Notes: generated by a model from the letters alone, not told the origin. Shown: positions 35,257 to 49,499, counted from the whole stretch's first letter. The stretch: DNA of 63,636 nucleotides, filler included, from Octopus bimaculoides (GCF_001194135.2; 5 parts of 4 records of this genome joined end to end with filler, not necessarily neighbours in it), one strand, 5' to 3'. Program-made: numbers and translations.

Positions 35257-35469
35257 TACAATGTCCACAAAGTCTGGCTACATGGAGTAAATAAAATCAT
35301 GACGTAAACAATTAAATATAAGAAATAATAATTTCTTAAAGTATGTGTTAATCCCCATGTGGGTACATGGAGTAAATAAAGTCATAACATAAAGAATTAA
35401 ATATAAGAAATTATTATTTCTTAAAGTATATGTTAATCCCATGTACCTAGACTTTGTGGACACCCTGCA
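35257..35469. mobile_element. Tc1/mariner MITE (same family as 16720) with a duplicated interior
   Basis: Outer TIR remnants plus two tandem ~85-bp internal units joined by CCCCATGT-GGGTACATGG. Confidence 0.85.
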
Positions 35470-36731
35470 GATCGATTTTAAAATGAATCTAAACTAAAGA
35501 AACACAGGTGCAAAATCACCGACAGTAAACATAGTGTAGCAATGATTTGAAACCTAACCGCTAGATAATCGGCGGACGCTACGAGCGAACAACCATAGTT
35601 TCATGTGATCGGTCGATTAATCGACCAGTCAGCGTGAGGCTATGGAGTAATATGGTTTTCTCAAACGTTCTAGAATTTGGCTTCTGGTACCCTACAAAAA
35701 CCGTTTGGTGCACGGCTTGGAGCGCAGACGACTAAGGACCTTCAGTTGTCATGGAGATTTGTGCAGTTGACTTCGTATATTTTTGGACTGACCGCAAGTT
35801 GTCACACAGATAGCTTTCTATATTTTCTGAGCAGTTTCTCTCTTTCTCTCAGTCAACAATTGTTAATGTTTTTCATCATAAATAACCAACACCAAATATC
35901 AGCAATGACTATTTCAGTTAAATGTTCGTGAGTTGCTCTATTTATTATTCACGCAGCCAACGAAAGGTATCTTCATTTACCAGCTCCCCATCGCTCCAAC
36001 CAAGCTACCTCTCGACAATAGCATGTATTTTTACGAATAATCCCTTTTAGTGGATATGCTCACAGTAATTTCTGTAAGTTTACTTGTAAATTGGTTGTAT
36101 ATAGTCGAAGTTTCACCCGGAAAAAGCATGTTCATTAACGTTGCATTAATTACGAACCGGTTCTACTATCTTTGAACATTTTGCTTCCGCTGGTGGCATC
36201 AAATGGTTAATTGAAGCAGAGATCTTATGAGGAAATATCAAATACCTAATTTGTTTTCCTAACACAATAATTATCACCAAAAGACGAAGGGAATTGAAGT
36301 AGCTCTAAAAGATTCCGTTTATAAACTTCCTTCGTGCCAGACAAACTTCCTGTTTCAATTTAAAATCTATTTAGTGCACTGTAAAAACAAATGTACGGCA
36401 GTATTTTCGTAAACACCTACACACATCAATATATGTGTGTGAGTTCATTAACCTTTAAACCTTCACTGGTTTCAGTAATTCGATTATAATCGTGCTCCTC
36501 TTCGGTGGAGGCAATTACATCGACCCTAATACTAATGATATCGACCGCCATATATTTTCTGACCAACAGTAGAATGCAAGGCAAAGTAGATGCGGGCGGA
36601 ATTTGAACTCAGAACGCAAGAGAGCATCACCCAAAACAATACCGAATTTTGCCCCATGTCATCAGTCATCACATATTTTTTGTGCTTGCGCGCTCCCATA
36701 TATAATAATAATAGTAGTAGTAGTAGTAGTA

Positions 36732-36774
<43 letters not shown>

Positions 36775-37317
36775 GGCGAGCTGGCAGAAACGTTAGCACG
36801 CCAGGCGAAATGATTAGCGGTATTTCGTCTGTCTTTAAGNNNNNNNNNNNNNNNNNNNNNNNNNNNNNNNNNNNNNNNNNNNNNNNNNNNNNNNNNNNNN
36901 NNNNNNNNNNNNNNNNNNNNNNNNNNNNNNNNNNNNNNNNNNNNNNNNNNNNNNNNNNNNNNNNNNNNNNNNNNNNNNNNNNNNNNNNNNNNNNNNNNNN
37001 NNNNNNNNNNNNNNNNNNNNNNNNNNNNNNNNNNNNNNNNNNNNNNNNNNNNNNNNNNNNNNNNNNNNNNNNNNNNNNNNNNNNNNNNNNNNNNNNNNNN
37101 NNNNNNNNNNNNNNNNNNNNNNNNNNNNNNNNNNNNNNNNNNNNNNNNNNNNNNNNNNNNNNNNNNNNNNNNNNNNNNNNNNNNNNNNNNNNNNNNNNNN
37201 NNNNNNNNNNNNNNNNNNNNNNNNNNNNNNNNNNNNNNNNNNNNNNNNNNNNNNNNNNNNNNNNNNNNNNNNNNNNNNNNNNNNNNNNNNNNNNNNNNNN
37301 NNNNNNNNNNNNNNNNN

Positions 37318-37592
37318 GTGTACCCTTAATGTAGTTCTCGGGGATATTCAGCGTGACACAATGTGACAAGGCTGACCCTTTGAATTACAGGCACAACAGA
37401 AACAGGAAGTAAGAGTGAAAGAAAGTTGTGGTGAAAGAGTACAGCAGGGTTCGCCACCATCCCCTGCCGGAGCCTCTTGGAGCTTTAGGTGTTTTCGCTC
37501 AATAAACACTCACAACGCCCGGTCTGGGAATCGAAACGGCGATCCTATGACCACGATTCCGCTGCCCTGACCAATGGGCCATTGCGCCTCCA
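37318..37592 (-). mobile_element. SINE family C
   Basis: Colinear with 25190-25453. Confidence 0.9.
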
Positions 37593-37639
37593 CACTCACA
37601 ACGTGAAAACAGACGAAATACCGAATAATAATGATAATA

Positions 37640-38090
37640 CAAATACTAAAGAAAAATAATAAAGAACTAGAAAGGTTTGAAAAGAACAGACTACGAAAAG
37701 ACGAAATGTGGACTAAGAGGAGAGTGTCTGTCATTCCAGTAGTTGTAGGGGCACTCAGAGCATTAACAACAAAGTTCAAGAAATACGTCAGAGAAATTGG
37801 AATTGGCATGAGAGCAGAACAAGTCCCAAAACTGCTCTGCTGCGGACAGCTAGGATTTTGAGAATGGTACCTGGATGTTGAATGTCTCCCATGATAATTA
37901 ACAACCAAGTATCAAAGCTTATAATGTGCGGAAAGAGACTCTGTGAGACCTCTGACAGCAGGCTGCTGTCCGATCTCATAGAATCTACCAGAACAAACAA
38001 GACTGAACATTCTGACAAGGACGCAAAACATCCAGACAGTCAGGTGATACAAGAAAGGAACAAAACATACAGATAGACGATACAAAGAAA
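37640..38090 (+). mobile_element. R4/Dong-like non-LTR element RLE C-terminus and 3' UTR
   Basis: KELERFEK.RL.KDE.MW..RRVSVIPVVVGALRALTTKFKKYVREIGI.MRAEQV.K..L.TARILR.VPGC* matches the K..KY..L..EI.RMW….V.VIPVVVGALG…QK.ALLGTARILR.VL pattern. Confidence 0.8.
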
Positions 38091-38151
38091 ACACACACAC
38101 ACACACACACATATATTGTATATNNNNNNNNNNNNNNNNNNNNNNNNNNNN

Positions 38152-38183
<32 letters not shown>

Positions 38184-38354
38184 CATATATATTATTTAGG
38201 TAGGGGAAAATCTAAGCTGTGTCCTCTTGAAGCACAGCTGCTTATTCCAGTATTACAATCCAGTATGTAGTTGTTGTGTTGATGTAAGGTACATATTAGA
38301 GTTGAAAAGTCTTGAAATATTTTTGGGAGAGTTATTATATATCAAAATAGGAAT

Positions 38355-38582
38355 CTGGAAAATGTTTTGGTATTATTTATTCACCATAACACATGTTTCA
38401 TTTGCTAATAGAATTACAAAATTGTGTGTAGTTATCAGACGCGTAAAAAATTTCCTGTTAGGAATTCTTCAGACAGAGAATCAAATAATAGGAAAGCTTT
38501 TACATGTTGGATAAACATGTACAATTTTGTGGTTCCTATTAGCAAATGAAACACGTGTAATAATGAATCAATAATACCAAAA
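38355..38582. mobile_element. MITE with ~60-bp imperfect TIRs
   Basis: GGTATTATTTATTCA…ACACATGTTTCATTTGCTAATAG pairs with CTATTAGCAAATGAAACACGTGT…TGAATCAATAATACC. Confidence 0.8.
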
Positions 38583-39779
38583 AAGTAGAGGGAGAGGGAT
38601 AGTCGATTACATCAACCCCAGTGCTTAACAGGCACTTTTTTTTCTATCGACCATGAAAGGATGAAAGGCAAAGTCGGCCTCGGTGGAATTTGAATGAGAA
38701 CGTTAACCCGGAAGAAGTGCCCTTGTTAATGTAAACCCGGGAGAAGTGCCGTTCGCACCCTGTATATATATATATATNNNNNNNNNNNNNNNNNNNNNNN
38801 NNNNNNNNNNNNNNNNNNNNNTTAATTAATTAANNNNNNNNNNNNNNNNNNNNNNNNNNNNNNNNNNNNNNNNNNNNTATATATATATATATATATATAT
38901 ATATTTACATATATACATGTGTGTGTATGTGTGTGCATGCGTGCGCGCGCGTAATCTCAAAGAAGATTGTAGTATTCACTGGTGTACGATTTCTGATATT
39001 GGTGAGCGTTTATTTCGTTTTGTTTTCCTCGTTGTACAGACTTTGTCACTAATCTCTATGGTTTGGGGACTTGGAGAATATTAATCCTCGCTTCTTGTCT
39101 CCTCTGATCGAATATATAAGAACATACGATATTTTAATCTTAGGCAGCAAGATTTTTTCTTAATATTTATCACGATGCTGCCCTTAGACACATATAATAC
39201 GTTTCTCGCTTTAGCTGAAACTACTACTACTACTACTACTACTGCTGCTGCTGCCGATAGTATTCTTAATAGTTGCGTTAAACGTAGTAGTACAACGAAT
39301 CCTGTTGCTGCTGTTACTGCTGATACATTCACAGCTGCTGCTAATGTTGAGGCTGCTGCTGCTGCTGCTGATGATGATGATGATGATAATGCAGCAACAA
39401 CAAAATTAACAACAACAACAGCAATTACTACTACTATCGTCAAAATATTTTGAGTTTCGAAATGTCTTCTCAGAAAGATCTTCACCGAAGAATTCACTCG
39501 TCTTCAGAACCAATATTTCTTTGTCATCTCCAAACGACGACCGCTGTCTCTACTTGGATAGACACCATGTCACATTTTGAAATTTTCGAACGTTGATGTG
39601 TTATTTTGCAATCTACTTTCTGAAGAGATTCCATAGTACAATCAGAATTTGCAATCAACGAAATGTCTAAATACATAAACATATCAGACATAAATTGGTC
39701 AACTTGTAGAGTCAGTAGAGCGTCAGCTGCGATGTTTCGTTATATTCAGTAGTTGCTTTGATTCTCGGCACACTGATTT

Positions 39780-40020
39780 CAAATATCACCATGGTAAAAT
39801 ATGCCTTTCGTGGAAGGGCGTAATATTATAGTTTTGATTCCTGGACCTAGTGAGACGTTGTGTTCTTGAGGAAAAAACACTTCGTTTTGCGTTGCTTCTC
39901 TTCCCTCAGCTGGCAAATATGAATAATCCTGCGATGGATCGGCGTCCCATCCATCTGGGGGAATACATACACTATGGAAAGCAGGTATAAGCCCCTATGA
40001 CTTGGAAAGAAACTCTACAA
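39780..40020 (+). mobile_element. Decayed SINE carrying the CCTGCGATGGA..GGCGTCCC.TCCA tail
   Basis: Tail matches that of 31862-32160; a degenerate B box TTTGATTCCTGG lies upstream. Confidence 0.55.
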
Positions 40021-40653
40021 AAATGTCTTCCATCCTTTCCATATTCATAAAAACTTCCCGTTACTGACTGACACAATGTTTCTTCTGCTCGGTTTTAGTG
40101 TATTTACAACAACATTATCAACCTTGATACTCTTAAAGAAAGTAGGTCTGTGTTTGAGAAAGAGATTCTGCTGTTTTTATTCGATAGTATCTGAAGTCAC
40201 CTTTTGGGTGTCTTCTTGTCATGGGTGAAATCAGGGTGGTCAGTTAATAAACGGGGAAAGGAAAATAGAGAAGGAAAAAAAAACGCTTTTGGCCCACTGA
40301 CGAACAAATAGATTATCTAACGTGTCCTTCATTTTATTCAAGATGGCTAGATGCAGTGTGTTTTAAACGTTGCAATATTTAGCATGAAGAGTCACAGCTT
40401 ATATCATCCTTCATTTGTTTGTATTATCTTCTAAATTGTCATCCAGGAGCTGTCAATAATGATTTTCTAGATTGTCAAAAGCCGAAACATGGAAAGATGG
40501 TAGGCAGGGGTTAGGGTATCGATTCGATTGAAGCGTCTTTAAGACATTTCTGTAACTAAATCATTTTGTCTGTTGTGGTGCTGCAACATTTCTGACTACC
40601 AAATACCTCACCATCACCACCACCTCATATTAAGTGACAATAAGAACACTAAC

Positions 40654-40715
<62 letters not shown>

Positions 40716-41162
40716 CAATAATAATAATAATAATAATAATAATATTAATGATAATAATAATAATAATAAAGGGGAAACAGCAAAAACAAGAACTACGACA
40801 ATATGGTAATGAAGCTTATGAAAAATGTGTAAAGAATACAGCAGAATGTTAAATTTAGATGGATTATCTTGTTAATATGTTTTGATATTAAGCCATCAAT
40901 TTGGAATGAGTCGTTACATGATTCAGAACGAAAGTCAATGAAGAAGATATGGCGATGTTTCCCCCTACACAAACCCCCACAGAAACCAAACGTCATAGAG
41001 AATTAACTTCTGAATTAATACGTCTCGATTTAAATTTCAAACATCGACACAATATTGCAAATATACACCAACCTACATACATACGTACATAATACATACA
41101 GATATCTCTGTGTGTGTGTAGATAAACATACAAACATGCATAAATACATACATATACATACG

Positions 41163-41236
<74 letters not shown>

Positions 41237-41399
41237 TGACCAGAATAACAAAACTATTTAAGCAAACAATAGTAATAGAGATAAGGGTGACGATTATGAT
41301 TGGGATGATGAAGTAACTCGATGGAATTAAAGTGTACACACACACACACATATACACTCGCATATGCATAGCTACCTACCTACGTACATACATACATAC

Positions 41400-41430
<31 letters not shown>

Positions 41431-41972
41431 CATAGTACCGAATTACAAATTTGCTTCGGTTCCGTTTATAGTTCTAAATTCCAAGGGAACTGATGTCACG
41501 CCGATTGTTGTAGAGGGAGTTCAAGAGAGACAGATAGAGACAGAGAACCAGAGAGAGAGAGAGAGAGAGATAAACAGACAGAGATAAACAGAGAGAGAGA
41601 TAAACAGAGAGAGAGATAAACAGAGAGAGAGATAAACAGAGAGAGAGATAAACAGAGAGAGAGAGATAAANNNNNNNNNNNNNNNNNNNNNNNNNNNNNN
41701 NNNNNNNNNNNNNNNNNNNNNNNNNNNNNNNNNNNNNNNNNNNNNNNNNNNNNNNNNNNNNNNNNNNNNNNNNNNNNNNNNNNNNNNNNNNNNNNNNNNN
41801 NNNNNNNNNNNNNNNNNNNNNNNNNNNNNNNNNNNNNNNNNNNNNNNNNNNNNNNNNNNNNNNNNNNNNNNNNNNNNNNNNNNNNNNNNNNNNNNNNNNN
41901 NNNNNNNNNNNNNNNNNNNNNNNNNNNNNNNNNNNNNNNNNNNNNNNNNNNNNNNNNNNNNNNNNNNNNNNN

Positions 41973-42016
<44 letters not shown>

Positions 42017-42033
42017 GTATATATACATATATA

Positions 42034-42065
<32 letters not shown>

Positions 42066-42075
42066 AATATATATA

Positions 42076-42117
<42 letters not shown>

Positions 42118-42711
42118 CATACATACACACACACTTTCATTTATGCGTGTGTCTGTGTGCATAGATATTCAAATATACACGCACAAAAATAGTTATAGAT
42201 ATGTATCTATATACTGTATATGTAGTCCTGTATATATAAGTTTATATAGATGTGTGTGCGTGTGTGTGCATATATGTGCGTATGCGTATATATTTGTATG
42301 TATTTACGTATTTAAAACGGTAAGCGTGACAAATTTAGGAAGGCAAATTTGCGGTCGGCTTAGCAATTAAAAACGGAATGGTCTGTAAAATTTTAGAAAG
42401 ATTGATAAACAAAAAGCAAAGAAAAAGGACATGAACAAACGAACAAACAAATAAACAGGGAAAGAAACCAACCAACAAACAAAGACACAAACTGAACTGA
42501 TGGAATGTGTCTAAGAAGTAACAAATAAGGAAAAACTAAGGAATAACCAATTCGAAATAAAGAGATAAAGCAAACGCTTTGAGAGATTAGCGAAATTTTG
42601 GAGTGGCAGATTTTATAAACGTTAGCAAATTATGAAGGCAGCCATTTTGGTTTGACATATTTCATTTTTTTCATTCATTCATCTTATGCTATATTTGTCT
42701 CTCTCTCTTTT

Positions 42712-42772
<61 letters not shown>

Positions 42773-43062
42773 ATATATTTTCTATCATTATTTCATTGTC
42801 TTCTATTTTGGATTTCTAAATTTGTAGTTTTGTATTTGTTCCATCATTTTCATCAATTCTTAGCTAGTTTGAGCTTTCAAATATACGTCTGAATGCGTGT
42901 ATGCGTGTGCGCTTCAGTTTATTTATCTGTATATATGTATATACACACACACACACATATGTATACATATATGTATACTTGCATGCATATATATATACAT
43001 ATATATACATATATATATATATGAATATATATATATATATGTATGCATCTATGTATGTCTAT

Positions 43063-43150
<88 letters not shown>

Positions 43151-44349
43151 CATATGTAAATTATACATACATATACAGACATATATGTATCTATGTAAGT
43201 ATGCATTTATACATACAGGCGTATAAATATAAACTATACAATATATATGTCATGAATATCTGCATATGTATATGTATATGTATATGCGTGTGGCTATATA
43301 TGTATGTATGTATGTATGTATATGTATGTTATGCTCATATATAGCCACAAACACGTATCTCTGTGGATGAAGACGATATCAATATTCATAATAGACTACT
43401 TGAAAAATACGCTATCTACTTTAACTACAAATAATATAAACAGAAAATAAACGAAGCTTTCATATAAATTGCATCTAAAATCGCCTCTAACTACGTAGGA
43501 TATCATATTTTAAAAATAATTGAAAAGAGGTAGCATCCATTAAAAAAAAATTAAAATATGAAAAGATAAGAGAAATGCCTCTTTAAATATCAGTTAACTA
43601 ATTACTATTATATTTCTTTAATAATTTTTGTGAATGTGATTTTCCATGTGGAACGCTGTGGTATATAAAATGCTGGAGACCGCTTCGAGTGAAACCGAAC
43701 CGAAAAAATGTTATTGGTTGCTTAGGTTTTCTATTTTTTAAAGCTATCCATTACTACAGTTATACGCTACAAAATCGAAAGAGATAAGTTTGGCCGAATA
43801 CAGCAAAATATACAAAAGCATATACCTAACTGATCACGACCAGCTATGTCTCTGTACGGAGCTTGCGTAACTTTCAATCACATGGAACCGAATCATATTG
43901 TTTAAAATAATACACGCACACACGAACAGGCATATATATATGGATGTATATATANNNNNNNNNNNNNNNNNNNNNNNNNNNNNNNNNNNNNNNNNNNNNN
44001 NNNNNNNNNNNNNNNNNNNNNNNNNNNNNNNNNNNNNNNNNNNNNNNNNNNNNNNNNNNNNNNNNNNNNNNNNNNNNNNNNNNNNNNNNNNNNNNNNNNN
44101 NNNNNNNNNNNNNNNNNNNNNNNNNNNNNNNNNNNNNNNNNNNNNNNNNNNNNNNNNNNNNNNNNNNNNNNNNNNNNNNNNNNNNNNNNNNNNNNNNNNN
44201 NNNNNNNNNNNNNNNNNNNNNNNNNNNNNNNNNNNNNNNNNNNNNNNNGAAAAGGAGAGAGAAAAAGGCAAAAGGAAAAAGGAAAAGTCCACTTAGTATT
44301 ATCCATTATAACAATTATATAACAACTTAAAGGATAAGCCTCATTCTGT

Positions 44350-44800
44350 TTTTTTCTGTAATTTGCAATGCCAAAGTTTGATACAAGGTGTTCCAGGATT
44401 TTCCAGATGTATATCACTGCATATCTCTCCCGCCTTCGCTCCAGGGAGAAGAGTTTCGATTCCTTCAGTCTTTCCCAGGAGTTGATACGTTGCATTGAGA
44501 CAATTTTCTTTGTGCAGCTTTGTTGGATTGCCTCAAGTTCCGCAGTTAATTTTATATTGTGTGGTGACCATAGTTGGGAGCAGTAGTCCAAGCGGCTGAG
44601 GACATATACCCTCCAAAGGAGCATCACAGTGTCCTTTTCTTTTGTTTTGAAAGTTCGGCGGATCCATCCGGCTAGCCGTCTCCATTTTATAAACTAAATT
44701 GATACCATGCACTTGAAAAGTGGATAGTAAGCCATAATGAAGCCTGCAGTAAACTCTACAATCTTGCTTCCTAAATATCGTTTTATGTTGACAACGACAA
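44350..44800 (-). mobile_element. CR1/L2-group LINE RT C-terminus
   Basis: GWIRRTFKTKEKDTVMLLWRVYVLSRLDYCSQLWSPH…LEAIQQ..TKKI…WERLKESKLFSLERRRERY.VIYIWKIL. Confidence 0.9.
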
Positions 44801-44899
44801 ACAGTGATATATAAACTGGTATGCAGTCACCAAAAACTATACAGGGTTAAAAAAAAATTAACTGCAATAATAATTTTTGAAAACAAATAACATCTTCAC

Positions 44900-44955
<56 letters not shown>

Positions 44956-45738
44956 AATCAAAGCGCGACACAGTATTCTAGTGTCAACTCCCAACAAAAG
45001 ACCATACCAGAAAGGTGTCACAGATCGAGTGTGTCACTAGACAAACGGTCGTTCGTTCCATTTCAGTGTGTGTTTTTTTTTGTTGTTTTTTGTTGGGTTT
45101 TTTTTTTAGATGCTCTTTAATTCTCACCTGAATTTATGTCAGACAAAAAAAATCAAAACAGATTAAATGAATATTCAATTTTTTTTCTTTTAAGTAATTC
45201 AATAACTAAAAGAAAACGGTAAACACGTGTTATACACACACAAACACCCATGTATATGTTATACACACATAAACATATAACACGCACACACACACATACA
45301 TATATACATGTATGTATATATACATATATATATATATATACATATATATATAGATATGCGTATATATATGTTTGTATATATACATATATATATACACTTA
45401 TATATATGTACGCATTTATATATTCGTATTATATATATAGACGTATATATATTTATATGTGTGTGTATGTATGTATGCTTGCATGTATGTATATTTTGAA
45501 ACTGTTTGGTCGATAGCGCCAGTGTGAAAACCAACACAATTTAAGTAAAATCACAAATTTATTGACTTTTAACATTTACTTTTGACTTTTAACTTTCCAT
45601 AAAAACAAAAATTCTCTTTAAATTGATGTTAACACATGTTGCCTTTAATTTGTTGTTAAACAAGCGAATGCACTTAAAAATAAACTACTACTACTGCTAC
45701 TACTACTTCTAGTAGTAGTATTCACACACACACACACA

Positions 45739-45775
<37 letters not shown>

Positions 45776-45871
45776 GCACACACACGTGTACATCTCGCCC
45801 TACACATATACACCGTTATATTTGATACGCATCATATATCTCATATATATGATACGCATCATTTAATACAT

Positions 45872-45914
<43 letters not shown>

Positions 45915-46451
45915 TATTGTTTGTGTGTGTGCGCGCGCACTTGAAAGCCAGTATATGGTATATATCATATACACTCACCAATCAGTACTCTCTTCTAATG
46001 ACGTCAGTCGTTGTACAAGGGTCATATTGGAGCACAGATTTGATGGTTTAACCAATTAAATGAAGGGCTAGTATTTATTCAGTTTGTGAATTCTCGCGTC
46101 CAAGCTTTTTGTGGTGTTTGACTGCCACACACGAGCTCGTTGTTTTGATTCCCAAGCCGAACGCCACGTTTTAGTTTTGAGTAAAATATTTCATTTTACG
46201 CTGCACCAATCTACGCGTTTCAGAATAAGTACCAGCAAAAACAGGACATTAACCTTACGACGGTCTGACATCCTATTCTGGAGTCGACTGCACTGTCCTC
46301 TTACTTGCTTATACTAAGCTTCGGCTAAGCTGCACTCTGACGATCCTCTACTGTTTTAACAGACATAAAACTTATTCTATCGTTTTCTTTTGTGACGAAA
46401 TGCTATGGTACGGAGATATAAACAGAATGAACTCTTCTACATGCACTAAAG

Positions 46452-47014
46452 CATAAATTCTCAAAGTGGGCGCTACCGCCCCCTAGCAGGCGTTGAGACG
46501 GTTCAGGAGGGCGTTGGTGCCTAATGGGGCACAGGGGGGGGGGGCGTTAGAGTATAAAGAGGCGTTGGGAGGAAGGCAGTGTATTGGGGGACGCTATGAA
46601 TTATTATAATATTATTGTATACAAATTATATAATATTATATTCTTTTCTACTCTAGGCACAGAACCCGAAATTTGTTTTGGAGAGGGTCAGTCGATTAGA
46701 TCGACTCCAGTACGCAACTGCGACTTAATAATTTATTGACCCCTAAAGGACGAAAGGTAAAGTTGACCTCGGTGGAATTTGAACTCAGAACATAAAGACA
46801 GACGAAATACTGCTAAGTATTTCGCCCGGCGTGCTAGCATTTCTTCCAGCTCACCGCCTTTATATGATATTTTATTAAATATCAAATGATTAATAGTATA
46901 TATAAATTAGTAAAATATAAAATATTTATTTATACATAAAAATAGGGGTGAGAGCGCTGAGGGTATTATGTGGCCATGAGGGGAACGGTGGCCCAAAACG
47001 TTTGAGAACCTCTG
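46452..47014. mobile_element. hAT (Charlie-like) MITE with 8-bp TSD and a nested family B SINE (46640-46860, minus)
   Basis: Ends CATAAATTCTCAAA… and …TTTGAGAACCTCTG; flanks CACTAAAG/CTCTAAAG (7/8 identical). Confidence 0.75.
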
Positions 47015-47389
47015 CTCTAAAGAAACATATCGCTATGGTAAATCTGATGAACAGTTACAGCTGCATTCTAAAACTCAGAACTCCAAATAGTTGGAACGAA
47101 TATTGCAATGCATCTCGTAAGACACTGAAAGAATTCTGCCCGCCACCAACCTTGTTTGATCGACCCCAAAAGAAGGGATGACAAAATTAACCTCGGTTTG
47201 GTTTTAAACGAGATCGCGGTGAGCAGCCACAGTAAATACTGCAATATCCACTGGTGTTGCTTCCGAGGAGTCATCGTAGTTAGTGATACCGGGATCACTA
47301 CAGTTTGTTGTAGCCGTCTCGCACATTACCTCGGTCATACACTCAACTGCTCTTGACATTAATATTGACGACAAAAGAAGTCTAGAATG

Positions 47390-48060
47390 TTGAGAATGAC
47401 ACAAGACTACAGAAAATCCTGAACACAATACACAAATTGGTCCAAGATAACAACATGCAGTTCAATGCCGAAATTTTTCAAGCACTCTACTATCATCCCA
47501 CAAAGAGATTTCTATCAGAAAAGATAGAACAAAGACATATTGCGATCATGGATTCACAAACAGCGCGTGGTCTTGGAATCCACATGAGTAATGATGCATC
47601 AATCTGTGTACAGATGACAAATATGTAAACAATCTGCATGTGACTGGCTGATTGGATTCTTAAATCATTCAGAACAATGTACAAGGGAAACATGCTGGTA
47701 TTGTGGAGAATATTTATTCTCAGTCAGCTGGACTGCTGCTCTCAATTATCATTGTCACAAAGCATCAAGCGAACCTTGAAATTCGAGAATTCCAATGTTG
47801 TAACACCATTACGATTGTTTCAGTTCAACTGATGAGCTACAGGGTGAGGCTAAAAGAACTGAGGATCTGTCCCCGTCAATACTACCATTATTAGAAACAC
47901 AGAAGCATAGAGGGAGGCGATGTACAGCGATTCATGCGCGGGAGTCACGAGTTCACATGCCTCAAATCTACTCCAAAAGAATCTCTCTACTTCTGAAGGA
48001 ACAGATGCGGTGGTCGTGTGAGGAATGTATTTGATCAAAGTTCTAGCCAGTGAATACTGG
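47390..48060 (+). mobile_element. CR1/L2-group LINE RT domains 6-7 to C-terminus, decayed
   Basis: LQKILNTIHKLVQDNNMQFNAE.F…GLGIHMS…WILKSFRT…MLVLWRIFILSQLDCCSQL…MSYRVRLKEL. Confidence 0.85.
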
Positions 48061-48181
48061 ATCAGATGTAGCAGCAGCAACATTAACAACAACATCAACA
48101 ATAACATTGAAATAGACATCAATATATACAAAACCTTAGTACTACTGCAACCACTACCAAAATCACCACCACCACCACCAT

Positions 48182-48251
<70 letters not shown>

Positions 48252-48559
48252 GTTAAAATGTCTGTGTAAACTTGGAATACTTTATATATATATACTTCCT
48301 TTCATGCGTATACGTACCAATTGCAGGCAATGTGTTTAATATGCAAATTGTTTCATGCAACTATGTTACACCGCCGAACTTTGTAACAATTCAGGCAACG
48401 GAAAAAAAAGTGATAACACTTGAAATATGCCCGGGCACCCATTACCTATTTTCTCTACATTCGATTGTGCTGTATACGTAGACGTACTTGTTTACGAAAT
48501 GTCGTTACTGGCTGTGCTGACGCGTAATTCTATAGAAAATCTATCTCCATATAATTGAA

Positions 48560-49420
48560 ATGAAAATATTGCTCCGCTAATACACGGTAAAACACTTGTT
48601 ACCTGGTTACACCGCAATAGTTAAATCTTTGTTTTCTACTAACAGACCCAGACTCACCAAATCTTTGTTTCCAACTTTAGACTCGGTCTGAACAAAGAGT
48701 TGTCTACTCTATGCGTCGGGCTGAACACCTCCTAATCATCTATTATTGCCCGTTCTGACCAAGTCCTTCACTTCTACACTATTACATGGCTGGCCTAAGC
48801 CTTGTCTCCAACTAGCCTAGAATTAATCAAAAATTTGTTTTCTAAAGGACCGCACTGACAGAATATTTTCAACAACAATTGACACGTTTTGAAATAATAT
48901 TGTCTTCGAATCTAGAACCAGCCAAAGAAAACCTTTGTTACCCTTCGACTCTAACTGTCTAAAGTTTTGTTTCCACTTTAGAGCTAACCAAAGGCATTTA
49001 CTATAGCCCCTCTCTGACTAATCCAAGTTATCTTCTTTAGCTTCGATCCGATCGAAACTTTGTCTAGTGCTATAGACTCGGTCAGATCAAAACTTTTACT
49101 TCTGTGAAAGCCACAGACGGCCTAAATCTTTAATGTGTTCTAAGAAACCTTATATCGAAGGTTTGTCATCTAATATTGATTTGGGTGACCTATACATTCC
49201 TCTCTATTTTAGCTCAGGTTCTACCAAAACAGATTCCTGTTTGAGTTGAATAGGACAAGGCTTAGATATCTATTATTGTGCTGGGCTGATGAAAATATAT
49301 CTGTTTTTCTACTAATATATTTCTGCGCTGATAAAAGCTTCTTATCCTGTCAGCATTATGCTGACAAAAACCTTGTTTCCCATCACCTCGAGCTGAAGGA
49401 AACACGTCTTCAACAATAGC
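48560..49420. repeat. Old degenerate tandem array, ~32-36-bp unit (AAATCTTTGTTTCCAACTTTAGACTCGGTCTGAAC-like)
   Basis: AAA.CTTTGT.TC…AG.C.CGG.C.GA.C recurs at roughly regular spacing. Confidence 0.55.
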
Positions 49421-49499
49421 CATAGTGTTTTGCTCACTGCTTTCAAATCTAGCAAACGTCTGGATATGTTGATTCTCAGCAGGCAAACGACTGAGTCAC

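Noticed and set aside
48560-49420. CRISPR-like repeat-spacer array
   Set aside because: Eukaryotic context, no invariant repeat with unique spacers, and no cas genes; a degenerate tandem repeat fits better.
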